Below are positions 51,401-62,914 of a stretch of DNA of 64,000 nt, one piece after another. The DNA comes from Octopus sinensis. Taxonomy: Eukaryota. The notes below the pieces were generated by a model that worked only from the letters and a program-made list of their open reading frames with translations, made no database searches and was not told the origin of the DNA. The translations under genes were made by a program, and so were the position numbers. The first letter of the stretch is position 1. Each line of letters opens with the position of its first letter. Location of the stretch: NCBI RefSeq assembly GCF_006345805.1, contig NC_043000.1, positions 127,162,001 to 127,226,000 of the forward strand, in the 5' to 3' direction.

Positions 51401-54400
51401 AACCACAACACAATATAAAAATCAATACTCTAGCGATGAATTGAAATGTGCGTGTGTGTGCATGTGCACATGTGCGTGTAAACACATGCACATATATGTA
51501 TGTATGTGTGTGTGTGCATTTTTAAATTCCATGTCACACATGTTTCATTAGAGGATAGGAGATATAAAAGCATACATGTAGAAAAACATGTATAGAATCT
51601 CCTCCCCCATAATTCTTCAAACATATACATATATATATATATATATATATCATCATCATCATCATTTAACGTCCGCTTTCCATGCTAGCATGGGTTGGAC
51701 GGTTCAACTGGGGTCTGGGGAGCCCGAAAGCTGCACCAGTCCAGTCAGATCTGGCAGTGTTTCTACAGCTGGATGCCCTTCCTAACGCCAACCACTCCGA
51801 GAGTGTAGTGGGTGATTTTATGTGCCACCGACACAGGTGCCAGACGAGGCTGGCAAACGGCCACGCTCGGATGGTGTTTTTTATGTGCCACCGACACAGG
51901 TGCCAGACGAGGCTGGCAGACGGCCACGCTCGGATGGTGTTTTTATTATATATATATACTCACACACATACATATTTACACGTGTGTGTGTGTGTGTGTA
52001 TGTCTGTGTGTGTATGTATATGTATGTGTGCATAAATATTATATACTTTTACAAGAAGTGGGATGCCAGATGAAGGCCAGCAAGGCTGAAACTTCAAAGT
52101 TACTATCACACCACTACTTATAAAAGTAAACTACACATGTACTCTAAAAAAATGTATTGGGTAGTTTTGTTTAGTTTAATGTTATATTGTTTTTATTATA
52201 ACTTCACATAAAAACAAACATATATATATGTAGTCACTAGCAAGAGTGGAAGAAAAACTTACACAGCGCCACTACGTTGATAATTTCAAACAATTCATGA
52301 AAACACAAAGGAATATGTACATATATTATATATTCAGCATTTCATACATGAAAATACATATAATACTTAAATTACAGTTCTCAGCCCTTTAACATGCAAA
52401 ATAATAAAACAATGCATACATGTCTCAACTAACATAAAAATAATAGGTATTTCTTGAAAAGGAAGCACAAGCCCAAATAATTTTTTTTAATATCATATCT
52501 ATGGTCAAACTGTATCCAGGTTTGGAAATGTGATATATGAATCATCCCAGGAAATATACCAGCTAGGGTAGTTTAAATCACTGGATAAATATTTAAATAT
52601 ATTATGGTTGTGTGGTAAGAAGCTTGTTTTGTAACCACATGGTTTTGGGTTCAGTACCACTGTATAGCACCTTTAGCAAGTGTTTTCTGATAGAGCCCCA
52701 GATCAATGTCTTGTGAGTGAATTTGGTAGATGGAAATTGAGAGGAAGCTTGTCATGTGTGCATGCATGTGTGTATGTGTGTGTGTTCATTTGTTTCACCC
52801 CACCCACCTCTTAACAACTGGTGATGGTTTGTTTGCACCTTCATAACTTAGTGGCTTGGCAAAAGAGGTCTGCTAGAATCAGTACCAGACTTAATAATAA
52901 GAAACTGAAGTCAATTTGTTTGATTAAATCTTCTAAAGCAGTGCCCCAGTATGGCCAAAATGCAATGACTGAAACATGTGAAAGACAAAAGATTATTATA
53001 GTTTGTTCAGGGCGGCAGAGGAGATGATCAGATCAACAAGACTTCCCAATAAAATTGTTTAGTATTTCACCTTTATTAAGAAATACTGCTGTGAGATTTT
53101 AATCTGCAAACTTGTAATCATTTTAAAGTTAGAAGAAGCATTTAATTTGTTGTTCTAAGTAGGCTGTCTGATGACAAACTCTACATAAAAATGAAATAAA
53201 TAACAATAGAGAAATGGTTGAGAACCATTCTGCTTACATAGTTTTACACAACATTAACTTGTAAACAGCTTATGCAAATAACTTCCTTTTTTTTTTGTTT
53301 TGAAACAGAGAAAATGATAAGACAGGGAAAGAATTATTCTTTCATTCTCTTCTGCGATAGTATTTAGTATTTAAACTGATTATAATGTTAATTGATACAT
53401 TCTTTCCTTAATAACTAAGTAAATAATGAAGCATTTCTCTCCCAGTTATATAAGTAATTAATGATATTATATAAACATCTTTTTATTTTGTTGGAGGAAA
53501 AATTTCCACCCAACAGTGAATTGTAGTTTTTCTTATACTGATATCTTGAGTGTTAACATGGGTTGGACAATTTTCTAAATATATAAATATGTTGATGAAT
53601 ACTGTGTCTGATGCTAAATAGATCTAACTGATTCTTGGTCAGAATATCTGACCTTGAATTTTCAATGGTTTTAAGAACTGAACAACCAAACTCAATAAAT
53701 TAGCATGTAAGTGGCTGAGTATTCCACATACATGCTTACTCTTATTGTAATTCTCAGGTAGAATCAGTGTGATAGTGTGTGGCAAGGCTGCATCTTTGAA
53801 TTACAGGTTCAATCCATCCAACAGGCTTCTGAGTAGTTTCTATTTACTCAATTTTGCTCACTGAGTAAAGGTCATCCTGAGGTTATATAGAATACTGATG
53901 ATGATGCTGTCATCATCATCATCATTCTCATTTAATGTCTGTTATCCATGCTGGCATGGGCTGGATGGTTTGACAAGATCTGGCAAGTTGTAGGGTAGCA
54001 CTAGTCTCCAAATGACAGCTTTGGCATGTTTTCTACGACTGGTTGCCCTTCCTAATGTACTGAGTGCTACTTTTGTAGCACCAGCACTAGTGAGGTTGCC
54101 AAGTAACTTGCAAGACAGAGAAAGGTTGGAAAAGGAAAAAGTTCCCATTACTAAAGAAGGAAGGGGAGTATTAAAGAGAGGAATGTGGCTTTATGCTTGG
54201 TGCTGAGAGGATAAAGTAAAATAGAGAGATAAGCAGTGTCATGCAGTGATATTGAAACTGGGTCCACGTGGTTCTAAAACAAACTTCTCAGCCATTCAGC
54301 TGTGCTGTGACTACATCATGAAACACTTAGAGTAAAGCAAAGAATGTGCGTTGTCTAATTACATAAAACACTGCTGGCATTAAAGATTAATCTTCATCCA

Positions 54401-55911
54401 GTGCATTAATAATGCTAGCTATGTGTATTATACTTCAAAACCACATGCATATGCCTAAATTTACACATCATCCACCTACACCATCAACAGGATAACACAA
54501 ATGTATGCCAATAATTTTTCAGAATTATCAAACAAATGCAAATATTTATAAAATACTTCTGTCTAAACAGCTTTGTACAATTTGGATACTTAGTGCCATA
54601 TGGTAGTGAAAGACATCAATTTCAAATAAAAAGTTGTTTTTTTAAAATTATTTTTACTTTCATTGGCTTATATTTTTCAAATCACAAAAGTTAAAATATT
54701 TTTATTGGTAAAATTTGGGTGATTAAGATCAACTTGAAAAAGGTTTCATAAGTTTTAAATGAAATGAAAATTTCAATAATGCAAAAGTGAAAATCAAATT
54801 AGAATTAAAATGAAGGTAATTTATTTATGAATTTTGATTTGAATTTAGATGTGCAGCTATGATTATTATTGTTGCTGTTATCATTATTATTATTATTATT
54901 ATTGTTAATCTGCCACAACTTCAATTATTACAAATATGGCAATTATATAAACTTCAAAAATTGGATATCTGAAAGCAAATATAACCTTAAAGCAGAATAT
55001 ATATTTCTAACAATTAGAGATAAATGCACACGCATACACAAATGCACGAGCATACAGAGATACAAACACACACACATGCACACACAAGTATACAAACACA
55101 TAGAAGTATACATATACACACACAAATATAATGGATCTCTGATGGTTTCAATTATGAGTATTCAGTTATTCAATTAATTGAATAATTTGCTCAATAACTT
55201 AGCATGTAAGTTGCTGAGTATTCCACAGATCCTTAACATAATCCTACGCCAGAATCACTGTGATATAGTGAGTGAGAAGGCTGTATGAGAATGTGATATG
55301 TTTAGAGGATGGCTTACTTGGGGGGACCTGAGAAAGCAGGAAACCAAGGAGGACATGGGATGAAATGGTGAAATTTAACTTAACGATTCTGTTTCATGAA
55401 AGAGATGATTAAGGACTGTACTGATTGATGAGATGCAGTGCTGTAGAAGACCTGATATCTCATGGCAAAATATACTCTGACAAAAGAGTAGAGTTTAGAA
55501 AATGAGATATTTTATATATTGTCAAGCCTACATTTGCTACTTCCTCATCTTGCATTCTTGCTCTCATTTCCCACCTTCTCTCACTTGTCACATTCTTTTC
55601 TACTCTAGGCACAAGGCCTGAAATTTTGGGGTAGGGAGCAGTCGATTAGATTGACCCCAGTGCGCAACTGGTACTTAATTTATCAACCCCGAAAGAATGA
55701 AAGGAAAAGTCGTCCTCAGCGGAATTTGAACTCAGAACATAAAGACAGATGAAACACCACTAAGCATTTTGCTTGGTGTGCAAATGTTTCTGCCATCTCA
55801 CCATCTTCACTTGTCACATTATCACTCAAACTCCACTCTCATCTCTCCTTATCTGTACTGACTACACCATCATCAAAAGTCAGACTCCCTCACCTTTCAC
55901 TAGGCCTTGCT

Positions 55912-55978
<67 letters not shown>

Positions 55979-58900
55979 TGTATTTTAATGTGTGCAAGAA
56001 ACACTCGTGTACAAAGAATCCCTTAACTTTTTGTGCTTAAAATTTGAAAAAACAGTTTTGTAAGGGATTATAATACTATCCATCTATAAGAAACTCCCAT
56101 ATTTTTTAACCTAATTTTTAATGAGAAAGGGTTCCTTATGCACGTTAAAATACAGTATATGTACATAGCTGGGCACTCTATTGGTTATGAAAATGATTGT
56201 TCCTGTTGATTCGATTAGCGGTAAAGCCTGCTTATGGACTTAACATGCAAGTGGCTGAGTGGAGATCCATTTTACAAGCATGCCTACATAAGATGTAGGA
56301 ATGGCTCATTAGACATGATCTTCATTTAAACTAGTCATAGGCTAAATTCTTGGTCATACATTACTTATGACTCGGCCATTAAGCATATATTGCAAGTATG
56401 GTCTTAGATCCTGTTTTATTGAGAATTTCAGACCTGGTGGCATTGCCTTCCTATATAATGCCCAAAATTTTGATATTACATCTCATATTATAGGCATTTA
56501 ACTTTACATATATATTATATTCTAATGAAATAAAATCTAAATTTTGCACAATAGTAAGTATGGAGTATTTAAAATATATACAATGTATAGAGAGTTGAAG
56601 TCTACTATGAAACTTGGCAGACTCATAGAAAACTTTCTGCTCTATGACTGCTAAGAGGAATCTTGGTGATGTCAATAATCAATAATATTTGGAGAAGAAA
56701 AGAATAAATAAAATAAAAACAAAATTTACCTGTATTTTGGTAAGTCGGTGTTGGATAGCATGTTTATCACCAGTGAAATCAGCACACAAGTTTAATTTCT
56801 CTTTGATAATTGTCAACCATTCAATACAACTGTTGTATGAATCTGTATATTCCTGATGATTGTTCACAAAAGTGTTGTACTTCTGGATACGTTTCTGTGA
56901 ATAAACACACAAGAATACATGAATACTAGAAGTTAAATATGAATAAAAGAGATTAACAGACAAATTAATGGTTATTACAGAGCATTACTATATTTTCCTT
57001 TTACACCTGTTTTTCCATGCTAGCATAAGTTAGATGAATATATTACTGAAGCATTGTTTTACAGTTAGATGCCTTTCCTGTCACTTACACTTGCTGGTTT
57101 TTCACTTAACCATTTAATATTTTAACAAGCCATATCAGGCCCAAATAATCTCCCTGTTTTATGTTCAAATTGGCCAGGTCTGGCCTCTCACACCAATCCT
57201 ATAGTGCCATTCTAAAAATGAATAGTTACTGCATCAAAATCTCAAAACTACAAGATAATGCAAGATTGATTCAAAACATGTGAATAAATAAGCTTTACTT
57301 TTGACAGAATACTATGAATGCTAAAAGGTTAAGAAATCTCTTATTGCACATGTGCTTGAAAATGCAAAACTAATGGACAGTTTGTTGGCAATAGAAATGA
57401 CAACACAGTAAGGTGGCAAGCTGGCAGAAACATTAGCACGCTGGGTGAAATGCTTTGTGGTATTTCGTCTGCCGCTATGTTCTGAGTTCAAATTCTGCCG
57501 AGGTCGACTTTGCCTTTCATCCTTTTAGGGTCGATAAATTAAGTACCAGTTATGCACTGGAGTCAATATAATCGACTTAATCTGTTTGTCTGTCCTTGTT
57601 TATCCCTTATGGGTAGTAAAGAAATAAGAAATGACAACACAATCATCACTTGTAGCTTGCAGTTTGAGCACAAGTTCAATTGTAAACACACACACACACA
57701 CACACATGCAGTGGATTTTTTTTTTCCAGTTTCCATCTACCAAATTCACTGAAAAGGTTTTGGTCACTCCAGAGCATTAGTATAAGACACTTTTTATCCC
57801 CTCACACAGTGGGATTAAACCTGAAACCATATGATTGGGAAATGAGCTTCTCTAGCACCCATGAAATTGTAATCATGGCTCTTGCCGGTAACATGATCCT
57901 CAAATGCTGAGCCTCACGGAGGCAAGGGATGAGATAGTGAAGCACGATCTTCAAATGTTGGGCCTCACGAAGGCAATGACAAGTAACTGAGACAATGGTG
58001 ATATGCTGTGCTTGAGAAAACTCGTCAAACCAAGTGAAACCATAGTCATGACCATTACCAATGTCATGTAAATGGCATTTGTGAAATCATAGGCATTGCT
58101 GTTACTGGGGTCATGCAAATGGCACTCATGCCAGTGACACATAAAAAGCAGCCATTACCATCTCGAAGTGGTTGGCATTAGGAAGGGCATCAAGCTGTAG
58201 AAACCATGCCAAATCAGACTGGAACCTCATGTAGCTCTTTGGCTTACCATTTCCAGTCAAATTGTCTAACCCATGCCAGTGAAGACAGCAGACATTGAAT
58301 GATGATGATGATCATAATGATGGTGATGCTCTCTCACCCAAACCTATGCCTCAGGCGCATACACATGTACACAAGCGTGTGTGTGGGGGGTGGGGGTGAA
58401 GGTGTGGGGGTTAGTGGTTAGGATATTTGGCTCACAGTCATATGGTCATGAGTTCAATTCACAGTGCTGCACTGTGTCCTTGAGCAAGACACTTTATTTC
58501 ACATTGCTCCAGTCCACTCAGCTGACAAAAGTGAGTTGTACCTGTAATTGAATGGCCCAACCTTATCACATTCCATGCCATGCTGAATCTCCCTGAGATC
58601 TACATTAAGGGTGCACACATTTGTGGAGTACTCAGCCAATTGCTCATTAATTTTATGAGCAGGCTGTTCCATTGATCATATCAATTGGAACTCTTGTTGT
58701 CATAACCGACAAAGTGACAGTTTAGTTTCATTTTTGTATGAGTGGGAGTGTGTGTGTGTGTGTGTGTGTATACACATGTATGCAATGTGTGCATGTTTAC
58801 AAACATGCATATTAATTAAGAATGCATTATATTGAGAATTTTTCAGAATAATCTGAAATATTTTCACTTTTTTAATAAATATACAAATTAGCTTCACTGT

Positions 58901-61900
58901 AGAATTAACTACTGTTATATTAGATATTTTCTTTTTTTAATCTTTCTGAGAATAGAAAAAGAGATCAATCTAATTAGATTCCCATTTTGCTAGATCTTCA
59001 TCAGAGAAAAATTATCTATCTTATGTAAGCAGAGAGAAAATTATAAGTTCATATCTATCTTTTCCTTATAAGTAAACTCAAAAACAACTTAGCTGATTTG
59101 TCTAATCTGCCTAACACTGACTAACTGGATTAATTCATTTATAGTGCACTACACAACATTGTTTAGGGAATTTGAAATAATGCAAGATACTCTTTTATAA
59201 TGAACATATAACGTAACCAAGATACACTATTACAATGAACATAAAATGTAGCTTCACTCCAAAAGATAAATGGCAAATGCATCAAAAGCTCCTTTTCTCT
59301 CCATAGTACAAAGAAAAAATAAAGATTGCTTTGGTTAGCATCTAGCCTTGTTAGATCTTTATCAGAGAGATATTATTACTCATCTTTTGTCCACAGAGAT
59401 ATTATAATCTCACAGTTATTAAGTGTAAATAAACTTCGAGCTGAACGAGTCTGGTGTTGTTGCTTATGTCATATAACTTAGCAGTTTGACTAATAGATAG
59501 CAAAAAAAGAAAATAAGCCCCAGATTGAAATAAGTGTTAGGTGTCAATATAAATTTTCTTTAAGGTCATTGAAGGTAGTGCTCCAGCATGGCCACAGTAT
59601 AAAGACTAAACCAGTAAAAGAATAAAAACAATGAATATACATACACATATGCTTATGTGTGTGTAAATGTATTTATCTGTATGCACACACACACACTTGT
59701 ATCAGGGTAAAGTGATGATAAGTGTTTAAAACATACATGTACATATATTTGCAGGCATTAACAAAAGAATAAGAGTATCATTCTCACAGAATACTACAAT
59801 GAGAGACTAATATGCAACAAATATCATGAAAAATTAAGTACTCATGAACAACAAAATTAACAACCATCTTATGAAAGCTAGGAAGAGAAATGTTGTATAG
59901 TATAAACAACCTCTTAATATTCATGTAAAATTCTGTATAACAAGGCAATTTTTTCTCTAATTATGAAATATTTATTTCTCAGCCACAAATTTTACCAGCT
60001 ATTTAACAAGAACAATATAAAAATGAGCTATAGCAGCATACATAACATATAAAGTATCATTAAGAGTTACAATACAAAAATATTACAAAGGAACCAAAAG
60101 CAAAGGAGTCAGCATGCAATCTGCCAAAATGTAGAACTTTCCTCTTGAAAAGGCCTAGAAAAGAATATATACCATGATAATGCTCTACTAATAATAATTA
60201 AACAAGCTTTATATGATTCAGTGTACACTCATTCAAAGTTACTGTCAACAACATAATTTCATTGCTGACACTTGAAAGGTACCCCAAACTTCTAAATATA
60301 TATATCAAGGGATTAAAGGAGAAAGATTACCAGCATTACTTGAAAAATAACTAAGGTAAAGTGCAAGTATTTAGTAATGTATTGAAATAGTGTAGCTTCT
60401 GTCTAACAGAGATATTTTATATTATTCACCAGCCTGCTTATATCCTAAAACAAAGGTGCAGGCATGGCTGTATGGTAAGAACTTTGCTTTCCAACTACAT
60501 AGTTCCAGGTTCAGCCCCACGAATAAGCACATTAAGCAAGGGTCTTTTACTATAGCCTCAGACTGACCAAAGCCTTGTGAGTGGATTTGGTAGATGGCAA
60601 CTGAAAGAAGCCTGTTGTATATTTATATATGTGTGTATATCTTTGTGTCATTGTTTGTCCCCAAGCATCACTTGACAACAAGTGTTAGTTTGTTTACATC
60701 CCTGTTACTCAGTAGTTTGGCAAAAGAGACCAATTGAATAAGTGCCAGGCTTTAAGAAAACACAAAGGTACTGATGTCGAGTCATTCAACTGAAAGTTCT
60801 TCAAGGCGGTGCCCCAGCATGCCCACAGTCAAATGACTCAAACAAGTAAAAGACAAAACATAATGTGTGCTTACATAACAATAATCTTATGTTGACCTAC
60901 TGACATAAACCCAAATTCTGTCTCATGAACTTCAAAACAGATTCCCCGGGTGAATCATGAAAAGAAACTGATGTCAAAAATATCTGAAAGCATGTTGTAC
61001 ATGAATGAAACCACTGCTGGTAATTTCTTCCTTCTCAACCTGCTGATGAGTATACTCTCCAGGCAGTCCAACTAAATGAAGCCACAGATAATAATCTTGT
61101 TTATCATATGTACCACAAATATATGAATAAATGTATGTCATAGAACTGCAGGTAGATTTGATTATCGATACGAAATTTCTTTTTCTTTGACAACTTTTGT
61201 ATTGTGCAGCATATATTCAATGTCATTGACATTCATTATAATTTTTGAAACCTTTGTGAGGCTATCACAGCTGCTTTACATAGTCTGCACTGAGCTTTAA
61301 TAGCATGCATTTTGCTTTGAAGCTATTAATCAGAATCAATGTTATACCAATATAGAATTTTCAAAATCGACCCCAGGACTTATTCTTTGTAAGCCTAGTA
61401 CTTATTTTATCGATCTCTTTTGCCGAACTGCTAAGTTATGGGTACGTAAACACACCAGCATCGGTTGTCAAACTATGTTTTGGGGGGGGGGACAAACACA
61501 GACACACTAACATACACACACACATATATGTATATATATACATATATATGACGGGCTTCATTCAGTTTCCGCCTACCAAATCCACTCACAAGGCTTTTGT
61601 CGGCTCGAGGCTATAGTAGAAGACACTTGCCCAAGGTGCCACGCAGTGGGACTGAACCTAGAGCCATGTGGTTGGTAAGCAAGCTACTTACCACACAGCC
61701 ACTCCTACGCCTATACGATATAAATACACACACACACACACACACACATAATTATTTCTAATCAATCTCCATTTAAGTTTTGGGGAACATGCTATCAAAC
61801 ATGGGAAATTATAGTTGCAAATTTCTTGAAGTTATTTGATATTGTTCAGTTACTTATTTTATTTCATTGTTATGATTTAAAGTCCACCTTTTCATGCTTT

Positions 61901-62117
61901 GCATGGGTCAGACAGAAATTTTTGGAGAAAATATTCTACACACTGATGCCCATCCTGTTGCCAACCTTCACCTATTTCCAAGCAAGGTAATATTTCCCCA
62001 TGGAAAACTGGAAATGGACATCACTTGTATGGTGATGATGCTTATTTACAAGCATCACATGATGTCAGGACAAGAGTACACAAACAAATTTACACACAGA
62101 TACACATACATACATAC

Positions 62118-62163
<46 letters not shown>

Positions 62164-62856
62164 GCATTACAGATAATTTTTAGTTTCCATCAACCAAATC
62201 CACTCATAATACTTTCTGTTATAAGCACAAGGCCTGAAATTTGGGGGAGGGGCTAGTCGATTATATCGATCCCAGTACTCAACTAGTACTTAATTTATTG
62301 ACCTTGAAAGGATGAATGGCAAAGTCGACCTCAGCGGAATTTGAACACAGAATGTAACGACAGGCGAAATACCTCTATGCATGCTAATGGTTCTGCTTGG
62401 AATTATAGTATAAGATATTTGCCCAAGGTGCTGTGCAGTGGAACTGAACACTAAACCATACGGTTGAGAAGCAAACTTCCTAACCACACAGCTATCTTGC
62501 ATCCATTTTTGATTTAATTCTACATCCTTATCATCATCACCACCATCATCAACACTACCACCATCAACAACAACAACAACATAGCAGCATTTTTATTGTT
62601 CACTCTTTGGTTTGCAATAAACCTGTGCAGTGAAACCCAAATTTTTGCCAGTAAAAACAGTATATATTTTTTATTCTTTTGCAAAAATGACTCACACACT
62701 TCCTCTATAAAAAAATATGCCATCTCATTAACCAATCTAACTTTTATTGGTGACAAGACTTCTAAGAGAATAACAGCTGATAGCTTAGTAAAAATTGCTT
62801 TACACTGAAACAATATACCTCAATTGGTATGAGTCATATAAGAACATTTTAAGCAG

Positions 62857-62914
<58 letters not shown>

